From the NCBI GenBank assembly GCA_031276195.1, contig JAISNN010000032.1, positions 5,863 through 69,862 of the forward strand: 64,000 bases of DNA, written 5' to 3'. The stretch is from Clostridiales bacterium (GTDB lineage Bacteria > Bacillota > Clostridia > Christensenellales > JAISNN01). The notes under the pieces were generated by a model. The model saw only the letters and a program-made list of their open reading frames with translations, was not told the DNA's origin and searched no databases. The position numbers and the translations under genes are program-made. Below, piece after piece: positions 40,298 to 49,137 of this stretch (its first letter is position 1; each line of letters opens with the position of its first letter).

Positions 40298-40693
40298 TTT
40301 CACGCGGAAACTTGCGGTTTTCCGAAACGGCGGGGATATGGTTTTTTAGGGCTTGTTTTGGATTTTGAATTTCAGAATTTAAAGTTGAAAGAAGTTAAAG
40401 GCTTATCGGATTCCTAAAATAATAGGAAAGAAGTTATAAGCCTTATCGGATTCCGAAACGATAGAGGAAAGTTTTGCGGAACTTATCTTTGACGTTAGGA
40501 AAAGACTTTTTTTAAGGCTTTTTGAATTCCGAAAATAAATAGGAAAGAAGTTATAAGTCTTAATCGGATTGCCGGATCTTTAAAGGAAAAAGAGTTTTAA
40601 ATTCCGGATTTTGGTATACAAAAAAGGGTAATCGCGGGTTTAATTCTAAGGAAATTACGTTTGTTTTAAAACGAAAATAATCGAGGTGGATAT

Positions 40694-41257
40694 ATGGCAC
40701 AAGAGCCGAAAAAAATTCAAGCCGCCGACGGAGTCGTTACGGTCAAAAAGAGCGACCTTGCCAAACTGAAAAAAAACAAGGCCGCCGCGAAACAGTCCGA
40801 CGGCGCGAAGCAGTCCGACGGCGTGAAACAGGCAGTCGGAGTCAAGCAGGCGGGCGGGGTCAAGCAGGCGAACGTTTCCTCCGCTCAGACCGCTCTTTCT
40901 CCCGCGGCGAAAAGGCGGAACGAAATCATCGAAAGACGCCAAAAGGCTTTGGCGCAGGCAAAACGCGGACAGCAAAGCGTCAAAAAACAGCCGCGTAAGG
41001 ACGGCGAAAAACCCGTTACGGGCTTCGCGCGCGTCAAGAGATGGTTCGTCAATATCGGAAAGTGGATCGCGAGAAAGTTTAAAGAGACGGTTTCCGAACT
41101 GAAAAAAGTTACGTGGCCCGAGCCGAAAGAGGCGGTCAAGCAGACGCTTGTGGTTTTGGCGGTCGTGGCGTGCTTTTTGGTCGTGCTTTTCGTTATGGAC
41201 TTGGGGCTTTCAAACCTTTTGAAATTGCTTGCGAGCGCGGCGGAAAAGAGCGTATAA
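40694..41257 (+). CDS. secE: Preprotein translocase SecE with long basic N-terminal extension
   Basis: 'ETVSELKKVTWP' plus TM helix; located between rpmG and nusG. Confidence 0.92.
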   Translation: MAQEPKKIQAADGVVTVKKSDLAKLKKNKAAAKQSDGAKQSDGVKQAVGVKQAGGVKQANVSSAQTALSPAAKRRNEIIERRQKALAQAKRGQQSVKKQPRKDGEKPVTGFARVKRWFVNIGKWIARKFKETVSELKKVTWPEPKEAVKQTLVVLAVVACFLVVLFVMDLGLSNLLKLLASAAEKSV

Positions 41258-41261
41258 GGCG

Positions 41262-41475
41262 TAGGTTTTGTTTTTTTAACCGCTTTTTTTAAAAATTGCG
41301 GAAAGAGAGCGAAAGGACAGTTTTTAAGAATTAGTATAGGTTTTGTTTTTTTAACCGCTTTTTTTTAAAATTGCGGAAAGAGAACGAAAGGACAGTTTTT
41401 AAGAATTAGTATAGGTTTTGTTTTTTTAACCGCTTTTTTTAAAATTGCGGAAAGAGAGCGAAGGGATAGTTTTTT
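41262..41475. repeat. Intergenic tandem triplication (~78 bp period)
   Basis: TAGGTTTTGTTTTTTTAACCGCTTTTTTTAAAA(A)TTGCGGAAAGAGA x3. Confidence 0.85.
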
Positions 41476-41590
41476 TAACTTGCGTTGGAATCACTTTTTT
41501 TGAATTTCGTTGAAAGAGAGCGGACGGAGCCGATTTTATGACAAGCGTACAATAAAAAGGCTTTTGGATTTTTGATTGAAGGAGCGGATA

Positions 41591-42565
41591 ATGAGCGAAG
41601 AATTGGGATATATTTCCGAAATAAACGGGCTTGAAAACGACGCGGAAGCCGCGGACGGAACGAAAGAGGTTTCGGACGCGTTGAAGGACGGCGGACTTTC
41701 GGACGGAGCAAGCGCGGATGCGGAAAATTCCGAAGCGGCGGACGCGGAAATAAAAGCCGAATCAACGGACGAAGCGGACGCGGATATAAATACGGAAAAT
41801 TCCGTCGAAACGGACGCGGAAATAAAAGCCGAATCAACGGACGAAACGGACGCGGATATAAATACGGAAAATTACGACGAAACGGGCGAAACGGACGCGG
41901 AAATAAAAGCCGAATCAACGGGCGAAACGGACGCGGATATAAATACGGAAAATTCCGACGAAACGGGCGAAACCGCCGAAAATCCCGACGGAGAGGGCGC
42001 GGAAAATTCCGCACATTCTCTCTTTTCCGAGGCGGAGGGGCAGACCCCGAAATGGTATGTCATTCACACGTATTCGGGCTATGAAAATATGGTCGAGCAG
42101 AACCTGAAAAAAATGGTTGAAAACAACAACATTCAGGATATGATAACCGATATCGCGATCCCCGTCGAGGACGACATAATCGAAAAGGCGAACGGAAAGA
42201 AAAAAATCGTCGAAAGAAAGAAATTCCCGGGATATGTCTTTATCAAACTCATTCACACCAAGCAGATTTGGTATATGGTAACCAGCACGAGAGGCGTAAC
42301 GAGTTTCGTGGGCGCGGCGGGAAGGGCGATCGCGCTTACCCCCGAGGAAGTCAAAAGAATGGGCTTAGAAAAGGTCGCGACCGCCGAGGAAACCGCAAAA
42401 TTCGCGGTAGGCGACAACGTCGTCGTCGTTTCGGGGGCGTTGGAAAAGTTTATCGGCGTGATAAATTCGATCAGCCACGACAAAAAGAAAGTGAGGGTTA
42501 CGATCTCGATGTTCGGGAGAGAAACCTCCGTGGATTTGGACTTTACGCAGATCGAAAAACTGTGA
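41591..42565 (+). CDS. nusG: Transcription termination/antitermination factor NusG with acidic repeat N-terminus
   Basis: 'KWYVIHTYSGYEN', 'FPGYVF', KOW-like region and 'MFGRETSV'; RBS GAAGGAG before ATG 41591. Confidence 0.95.
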   Translation: MSEELGYISEINGLENDAEAADGTKEVSDALKDGGLSDGASADAENSEAADAEIKAESTDEADADINTENSVETDAEIKAESTDETDADINTENYDETGETDAEIKAESTGETDADINTENSDETGETAENPDGEGAENSAHSLFSEAEGQTPKWYVIHTYSGYENMVEQNLKKMVENNNIQDMITDIAIPVEDDIIEKANGKKKIVERKKFPGYVFIKLIHTKQIWYMVTSTRGVTSFVGAAGRAIALTPEEVKRMGLEKVATAEETAKFAVGDNVVVVSGALEKFIGVINSISHDKKKVRVTISMFGRETSVDLDFTQIEKL

Positions 42566-42815
42566 TAAACGTCATAAAGACGGAATTAAAAAACGTAATT
42601 TTTCGGAATTTTTAAATTTAATATATGGATATATGAGCGGAATTCGCAATTATTGAGGTTTTTTAATTCCACGCCGCTAAAACGGAATTCCGAAAGTCCG
42701 GAAAGGTTTTTAAAAACGGAATTTTTTGAATTTCGGTATATAAAAAAATTATATAATTACGATATTTTAATTAAAAACCGAATTTATCTTTCGGTTTCTG
42801 ATTCAAAATATATAT

Positions 42816-42861
42816 GTGGGAGCGCGTAAATCTAAAAATTATATGCGCGCATTACGACCAC
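42816..42861 (+). promoter_or_regulatory. L1-binding-type leader hairpin upstream of rplK
   Basis: GTGGGAG-CGCGTA...TGCGCG-...GACCAC, the GGGAG...ACCAC architecture found before rplK-rplA. Confidence 0.6.
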
Positions 42862-42972
42862 AAAACGCCGCGAAGCGTAATTTTTCGGGGTTTGTTCTTT
42901 GTTTTTAAGGCTTTTATGCCTGAAAAGCGGAAAAAAACCGTAAAAAAACGTCCGCGGCGCGGAGGAAATTCT

Positions 42973-43398
42973 ATGGCTAAGAAAATCTCGGCGGTAGTAA
43001 AATTGCAGTTGCCCGCGGGCAAAGCAACCCCCGGTCCCCCCGTCGGTTCGACGCTCGGACCTCACGGAATCAACATTCCGATGTTCACGAAGGAATTTAA
43101 CGAAAAAACGGCGGACAAAGCCGGATTGATTATTCCCGTCGTCATCACGATTTATTCCGACCGTTCGTTCTCGCTCGTCTTCAAGACCCCCCCCGCGGCG
43201 GTTCTGATCAAGAAAGCCGTCGGCATCGAAACGGGTTCGGCAAGACCGAACAAGGACAAAGTCGCGAAAATTTCACTCAACGCCGTCAAAGAAATCGCGG
43301 CGCAGAAAATGCCCGACCTAAACGCGGCGAGTCTCGACGCGGCGGTCAGCATGATCAAAGGCACGGCGCGCAGTATGGGCGTCGTCGTCGAAGAATAA
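42973..43398 (+). CDS. rplK: 50S ribosomal protein L11
   Basis: [25 protein letters not shown]...GTARSMG; RBS GGAGG before ATG 42973. Confidence 0.98.
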   Translation: MAKKISAVVKLQLPAGKATPGPPVGSTLGPHGINIPMFTKEFNEKTADKAGLIIPVVITIYSDRSFSLVFKTPPAAVLIKKAVGIETGSARPNKDKVAKISLNAVKEIAAQKMPDLNAASLDAAVSMIKGTARSMGVVVEE

Positions 43399-43417
43399 TC
43401 TTTGGAGGTGTATTATT

Positions 43418-44101
43418 ATGAAAGGAAAAAAATATGTAGATTCTCTGAAGCTTATCGAAAGCGCGAAGCAGTACGACGCCGCGGAGGCGTTGGAATTGGC
43501 GTTAAAGACGGCGAAAGCAAAGTTTGACGAGAGTATCGAATTGCACGTAAAGTTGGGCGTAGACCCGCGCCACGCCGACCAACAGGTCAGAGGCGTCGTA
43601 ATCCTTCCGAACGGAACGGGAAAAAAGGTCAGAGTTTTGGTTATCGCGAAAGGCGCGAAAGCCGACGAAGCCGCCGCCGCCGGAGCGGAGTTTGTGGGAG
43701 CGGAGGATATGCTCCAAAAGATTCAGACGGAAAATTGGTTCGGTTTCGACGTTTGTATAACCACGCCCGATATGATGGGCTTGGTAGGCAGACTCGGAAA
43801 GGTTTTGGGACCTAAGGGCTTGATGCCCAACCCGAAGTCCGGAACGGTTACGATGGATATCGGAAAGGCCGTCGCGGACGTCAAAGCGGGTAAGGTCGAA
43901 TACAGAGTCGATAAAACCGCGATCGTCCACGTGTCGATCGGAAAGGCGTCTTTCGGCAAGGAAAAACTCCTCGAAAATCTCCAAACGCTTATGGACGCGC
44001 TGATCAAAGCGAAACCGTCCGCGGCGAAAGGAACATACCTCAGAAGCGTCGCCGTCGCCAGCACTATGGGACCCGGGATTAAAGTCGCTTATAGAATGTA
44101 G
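43418..44101 (+). CDS. rplA: 50S ribosomal protein L1
   Basis: 'AKFDESIE...[13 protein letters not shown]', '[14 protein letters not shown]', 'STMGPG'. Confidence 0.98.
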   Translation: MKGKKYVDSLKLIESAKQYDAAEALELALKTAKAKFDESIELHVKLGVDPRHADQQVRGVVILPNGTGKKVRVLVIAKGAKADEAAAAGAEFVGAEDMLQKIQTENWFGFDVCITTPDMMGLVGRLGKVLGPKGLMPNPKSGTVTMDIGKAVADVKAGKVEYRVDKTAIVHVSIGKASFGKEKLLENLQTLMDALIKAKPSAAKGTYLRSVAVASTMGPGIKVAYRM

Positions 44102-44186
44102 TTCTCTTAAATTTATCCGCAACGGCCGCTATACGGCGGTTTCGGCTAAAAAAAATAAAAAATTAAGCGAAAGCGCGGTTTTTTGT

Positions 44187-44215
44187 TTGACATTTATAAA
44201 AAAATGTCGTAAAAT
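44187..44215 (+). promoter_or_regulatory. SigA promoter of rplJ-rplL
   Basis: TTGACA-N17-TAAAAT. Confidence 0.75.
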
Positions 44216-44233
44216 AACATAGTTAAAATTTTT

Positions 44234-44391
44234 CCAAAGACGGCAAGTGTTTCCGCGGGAACGTATTTTAATACTATCATTATCGTTTTTTTAATCCCAG
44301 AAGCGTAAATTCGGAAATTTTGAAAGCGAAACGGCATTTTAGTATCTAAGTACCGCGCGGAAGCGTAAAGCGTATAATCCGCTTGCTCAGG
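44234..44391 (+). ncRNA. L10-leader-like cis-regulatory RNA
   Basis: CCAAAGACGGCAAG ... CTTGCTCAGG complementary arms resembling the AGAC..../....GAGG core of the L10 leader, upstream of rplJ. Confidence 0.55.
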
Positions 44392-44694
44392 CGAAATTTG
44401 AAGTTTTTGATTTATACCGTCGAGTTTTTCTCCTTTTTGCGTCCGCGTTAGGGGGGGATAGAGGGGTTGAGGCGAATCCGCCTTTTGTCCTTTAAAAAAA
44501 ACGTCCGGCGTAACGATTATGATTTCTTATTTTTAACGCCTTGTCTTGTTTTTGGGATAAGGCGTTATATTTTTTTGAGGCTTAATTCTTAAATCGGCGT
44601 ACAAAGGCGTGAGACGCCGGATCCGCGTAAGCAAAGAACGCCGCAAAAAACGTAATGCGTACAAGGTGAAAATTTTGAAAAAGGAGGGTTATTC

Positions 44695-45213
44695 ATGGCA
44701 GTATCAAAGGCTACTAAGACCGAACAATTAGACGAAATCCGTCAAAAACTCGAAGAATCCGCGTCGTTCGTCCTCATCGACTACGTCGGGATCAACGCGG
44801 CGCAGGCGACGGCTTTCAGAAAAAATTTCCGTGAAAAGGGTGTCCATTATAAGGTTTACAAAAACCGCATACTCAAAATCGCGCTGAACGAAAAGGGTAT
44901 TACGGATTTTGATAAATTTTTGGAAGGAACTACGGCGGTCGCGTTCAGTAAAGACCCGACGGGGGCGGCTTCGTCCGTCATCGACGGCTCGAAAGACATT
45001 CCGAAAATCAAAATCAAATGCGGAAGTTTGGACGGCGCGTTCTTGGACGAGGAAGGCGTAAAAGCGCTCGCGTCTATGCCGTCGAAAGAAACGCTGCTCG
45101 CAATGTTGCTCGGCGTTATGCAAGGACCGGTCAGAGGTCTCGCAGTCGGCTTAAACGCGACGATCGCGGGGCTTGCAAGGGCGTTGCAGGCGGTTGCGGA
45201 CGGCAAAAATTAA
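44695..45213 (+). CDS. rplJ: 50S ribosomal protein L10
   Basis: 'DYVGI...YKVYKNR...LEGTTAVAF...LASMPSKETLL'. Confidence 0.96.
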   Translation: MAVSKATKTEQLDEIRQKLEESASFVLIDYVGINAAQATAFRKNFREKGVHYKVYKNRILKIALNEKGITDFDKFLEGTTAVAFSKDPTGAASSVIDGSKDIPKIKIKCGSLDGAFLDEEGVKALASMPSKETLLAMLLGVMQGPVRGLAVGLNATIAGLARALQAVADGKN

Positions 45214-45449
45214 TATAAAATTTTAAAAAAACGGAGCGGAAACCGCGGCGCGGAATTTTAAAAGAAATATTAAAACGCGTAAAGCGAAAAAAACGCCGAA
45301 AAATCAAAATCAAAATTAAAACTAAAAAATCGCGAAGCGGAATTTTAAAAGAAATATTTAAAAACGCGTAAAGCGAAAAAACACCGAAAAATCAAAATAA
45401 AAAATAAAAACTAAAAAATAAAAAAAATTTAATTCGGAGGAATTTTAAA

Positions 45450-45830
45450 ATGGCAGATATTGCAAAATTGTTGGAAGAGATAAAAAATATGACGGTCATC
45501 GACCTCAGCAAACTCGTTAAGGCGATCGAAGAAGAATTCGGCGTCAGCGCGGCGGCTCCCGCGGCGGTTGCGGTTGCGGCGGCTCCCGGAGCGGCGGCGG
45601 CTCCCGCGGCGGAGGAAAAGACGGAATTCGACGTCGTTTTGAAAGAAGTCGGACCGAATAAGGTTCCCGTCATCAAGGTCGTAAGAGACGCGACGGGTCT
45701 GGGTCTCGTGGACGCGAAAGCGCTCGTCGACGGCGCGCCCAAGACGATCAAAGAGGCTATGGCAAAAGCGGCGGCGGAAGAACTCGTCGCGAAATTCAAA
45801 GAAGCGGGCGCAACCGCGGAATTGAAGTAA
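45450..45830 (+). CDS. rplL: 50S ribosomal protein L7/L12
   Basis: '[11 protein letters not shown]...[10 protein letters not shown]...[11 protein letters not shown]'. Confidence 0.98.
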   Translation: MADIAKLLEEIKNMTVIDLSKLVKAIEEEFGVSAAAPAAVAVAAAPGAAAAPAAEEKTEFDVVLKEVGPNKVPVIKVVRDATGLGLVDAKALVDGAPKTIKEAMAKAAAEELVAKFKEAGATAELK

Positions 45831-45868
45831 GAATTTTTATCCCGGACAAATAAAAAAACAAGACCTAA

Positions 45869-45900
45869 AAACCGTTCCGTAGAAAAACAGAGCGGTTTTT
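45869..45900 (+). terminator. Probable intrinsic terminator after rplL
   Basis: AAAACCGTTC...GAGCGGTTTTT hairpin followed by T-rich tail. Confidence 0.55.
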
Positions 45901-46132
45901 GTCTTTTCGCGTTTGATATAATAAATAAGCGTCAAGTTAATCTGCGATTTAAAAGGAAACCGTTTATATGTTTATCGAATAAAAACAACTTGACAACGTT
46001 CGGTAGATCGTTTATAATTGAGAATAAGGATAAAAGCGGTCGGGCGGGTACGGATAAGTAAAAGCGATTCGCGGAGCGGCATAAGCCGCGCGCCGTTATT
46101 TTACGGAATTAAGGTTTTCGGGAGGTCTAAGC

Positions 46133-46549
46133 GTGAAAAAATTAAAATCGATAGATTTATTTGCCGGCATAGGAGGCATTCGCTTAGGCTTCGATCGGGC
46201 GTTCGGCGATAAAATAGAAACGGTTTTCGTTTCCGAATGGGACGAATACGCTCAAAAGACATATAAGGCGAATTTCGGCGGCGGAGCGATTGCGGGCGAT
46301 ATAACCAAGATAAACGAGGACGACGTCCCCGTCTTCGATATTTGTCTCGCGGGTTTTCCGTGCCAAGCGTTCAGTCTCGCGGGGCAACGCAAAGGCTTTT
46401 TGGACGACTATAACGGTATGAGCAGAGGGACGCTGTTTTTCGATGCGGCTCGGATTTGCCGAAAACACAAACCGAAAGTCATTTTTTGCGAAAACGTGAA
46501 AGGATTGACCGTTCACGACGGCGGGCGCGGAGGGGATTTATATGCGTAA
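46133..46549 (+). pseudogene. C5-cytosine DNA methyltransferase, N-terminal fragment (motifs I-VI)
   Basis: DLFAGIGG, GFPCQAFS, ENVKG; homology stops at HDGG where the HNH gene begins. Confidence 0.8.
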
Positions 46550-47306
46550 AAATTGGACGCGCGATGAGATAATTTTAGCCTTTGACTTGTATTGCCGCCT
46601 GCCAAGCAAGGAAGTATTCGTTGGCAATCCAGCCATTCGCGAGTTATCCGCAATTTTGGGCAGAACCGAAAATTCAATTAAACTGAAATTGCAAAACTTT
46701 AAGAGTTATGATCCGTTTTATACGATGAACGGCAGAATAGGTCTTAGTCACGGAAGCAAGATGGATGCCGAGGTCGTGCAAGATTTTATATATAATTGGG
46801 ACGAATTAGTTGTACTCGCGCAAGAAATTCGCGGCAGGTTTGGGCTACCTAATATTGAAGCGGACAACGATTTACGGTCTTTAAACATACCTGCGGAGTA
46901 TAGTAAGGAAAGACTTCAAAAAACGCGTGTGAGGCAATCGTTTTTTAGAAATGCGGTAATTGCCGCCTACGGCAAAAAATGCTGTATAACGGGCATAGAT
47001 ATGCCAGAACTTTTAATTGCGTCGCATATAAAGCCGTGGTCGGAGTCAAACGATATTGACGAGAAAGCCAATCCGCAGAACGGATTATTGCTAAACGGTC
47101 TTCACGATTTAGCGTTTGACAAAGGTTTAATAACGATAAGTCTGGATTATAAGGTTGTTTTATCCGCTAAATTATATGATAATCTCAGCGAGCAGACGGC
47201 ATCGTTTTTCCGTAGGTACGAAAATCAACAAATCGCTTTGCCTAATCGTTTTTTGCCGGCAAAACGCTTTATCGAATATCATAATGATAGCATTTTTCAA
47301 AGATGA
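46542..47306 (+). CDS. HNH endonuclease (restriction-type, HNH_2-like)
   Basis: 'NWTRDEIILAFDLY' N-terminus; 'RVRQSFFR...CCITG...LIASHIKPW...NGLLL...HDLAFDKGLI'. Confidence 0.88.
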   Translation: MRKNWTRDEIILAFDLYCRLPSKEVFVGNPAIRELSAILGRTENSIKLKLQNFKSYDPFYTMNGRIGLSHGSKMDAEVVQDFIYNWDELVVLAQEIRGRFGLPNIEADNDLRSLNIPAEYSKERLQKTRVRQSFFRNAVIAAYGKKCCITGIDMPELLIASHIKPWSESNDIDEKANPQNGLLLNGLHDLAFDKGLITISLDYKVVLSAKLYDNLSEQTASFFRRYENQQIALPNRFLPAKRFIEYHNDSIFQR

Positions 47307-47318
47307 GGGTTAAAACAT

Positions 47319-47603
47319 ATGGGACGCAGAGAGAAAAACTTAGCCGTGAACATAATGCAACATTTATCCTGCCGGCAAGAGGACGAGTCTTTAAACGTAC
47401 CGATAGCCGTCAGCAGAGAAGCAATTGAAAGTTACGGCGTTAGTTTTGATATCCCGAACGACGATCTCGTGATATCGGCGATCAGACATCTTATCTATAT
47501 TATCAATCCTTGGAATAGGTTGGATATATGCACGGTTTTGGCAGAGCAATGCGGGTTTACGAAAGCGGAGGCTAAGCGTTATTTTAATGAAATTTATTTG
47601 TAA
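47319..47603 (+). CDS. Hypothetical protein
   Basis: 94-aa ORF with RBS-like GAGGG directly after the HNH gene. Confidence 0.5.
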   Translation: MGRREKNLAVNIMQHLSCRQEDESLNVPIAVSREAIESYGVSFDIPNDDLVISAIRHLIYIINPWNRLDICTVLAEQCGFTKAEAKRYFNEIYL

Positions 47604-47676
47604 TACGCTTTATTGTATTTTTTTAAGATACCTTTATTAAAATAAATAAATTGATAAATGTTTTGCGGCGCTTTGA

Positions 47677-48435
47677 AATTTCGACGTTTTAACGGCGGGG
47701 TTTCCTTGTCAGCCGTTCTCGGTAAGAGGAAAGCAACTCGGATTTAAAGATCCGCGCGGAAACTTATTTTTTGAGATTGCGCGGATAATAGATAAAAAGC
47801 GTCCGCAAGCCGTATTCCTTGAAAACGTCGCAAACCTTATGCGGCACGACGACGGCAAGACTTTTCTCGCGATATACGGCACGCTTGCGCGGTTGGGCTA
47901 TTACGTTACGTATAAAGTCCTCGACGCGCAAGAATACGGGGGCGCGCCGCAAAAGCGCGAGCGGATATTTATCGCCGCGTTTGAGAGTTACGAGGCGTGC
48001 GGGCGGTTTAGGTTTCCGGAACCTATGCCGCGGACGCTGTGTTTGAACGATTGTTTAAAGCGAACGGCAAAGCAAGAGAAGCCGTATTATTATACGTCCG
48101 AAAATTACTTATACGGGCAGTTAGAACGGATCGTTACCGATAGAGAGGCTTTGTATCTTATCACGGACGGCGGCGTTTCGGCAAAGAAATACTATATCGC
48201 TTCCGCTTTGAAGGCTAATATGGGAACTTTTCCGGATAGAATACCCGTTTTGCGCGACGATTACGGAGTAAGGAAACTTACCGAGGACGAATGCCTTGCC
48301 TTGCAAGGATTTCCGAAAGATTTTTCGTTTCCTAACGATATAACGAGAGAGGCGAAATATAAGCAGGCGGGAAATACGGTTTGCGTACCCGTCGTCGAGC
48401 GGATCGCCGAAAAAATAGCGGAGGCGTTGACGTGA
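47677..48435 (+). pseudogene. Second C5-cytosine methyltransferase, 5'-truncated (motifs IV-X)
   Basis: Open frame from 47677 reads NFDVLTAGFPCQPFS...VFLENVANLMRHDDG...PQKRERIF...RKLTEDECLALQGF...KQAGNTVCVPV; no motif I and in-frame TGA immediately upstream; first ATG at 47839. Confidence 0.75.
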
Positions 48436-48842
48436 GCGATATATTCGACAAAGAAAAACGCTCGTACGTAATGAGCAAGGTCAAAAGCAAAAAAAATAAA
48501 TCCACCGAGTTGAGATTAATAAAACTTTTTAAGGCGGCGGGAATAACGGGGTGGCGGCGCGGTTATCCCGTAAGGGGTAAGCCCGATTTTGTTTTCTTAA
48601 AGGAGCGGACGGCGATTTTTGTAGACGGTTGTTTTTGGCACGGACACGATTGCCGAAACGTTACGCCGTCCGATAACGCCGAATTTTGGAATAAAAAGCG
48701 CGCGGATAACCGTCTGCGCGACGAAAAGGTTACTAAACTTTTTGAATCGCGGGGCTGGACGGTTATTCGTATTTGGGAATGCGAACTCAAAAAGGGAAAC
48801 GCGGCGAAAACCTTAAAAAAAATATCGGACGCCGTTACATAG
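48432..48842 (+). CDS. vsr: Very short patch repair endonuclease
   Basis: GTG start overlapping the MTase stop; 'DIFDKEKRSYVMSKVKS', 'GKPDF', 'FVDGCFWHGH', 'IWECEL'. Confidence 0.92.
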   Translation: MSDIFDKEKRSYVMSKVKSKKNKSTELRLIKLFKAAGITGWRRGYPVRGKPDFVFLKERTAIFVDGCFWHGHDCRNVTPSDNAEFWNKKRADNRLRDEKVTKLFESRGWTVIRIWECELKKGNAAKTLKKISDAVT

Positions 48843-48910
48843 CGATTACACTTTAAAATTGCGTAAAATGCGGTTGAAAAACTTGCGCGCCGCGTAGTTT
48901 AAAGTGTAAT

Positions 48911-48935
48911 TATTATATAAAGTAATTTAAGTTTT
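48911..48935. repeat. Left 25-bp direct repeat (putative target-site duplication)
   Basis: TATTATATAAAGTAATTTAAGTTTT, identical to 62305-62329 (identity extends one further T). Confidence 0.9.
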
Positions 48936-49137
48936 TGTAAAATTGTCAATCCCTTTTTAATAATTTTTTAAAAAAATTTAATTTTTACATAAAGAATGGA
49001 GGTGCTCTTAGACTTTTGGAGGTGCGTGAGGAAACTTTTCTTAGAAAAGGTGCCTCACGGAGAGAAAATGTTAAAAAATTTATAGCACAAAAAGCCTATC
49101 AGATAGGATAAGCACAAAAAGAAGATGAAGTGTTAAG

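Noticed and set aside
42814-42972. N-terminal extension of L11 in the ORF track (likewise L33 from 40070, Vsr from 48381, Rep from 52625)
   Set aside because: Better RBS-supported downstream starts give normal proteins
48896-48923. Flanking repeat as a dif/XerCD site (TTATATAAAGT resembles a XerD arm)
   Set aside because: No recognisable XerC arm at either junction; TGT/ACA tips and an encoded DDE enzyme explain the repeat better, though it is not formally excluded
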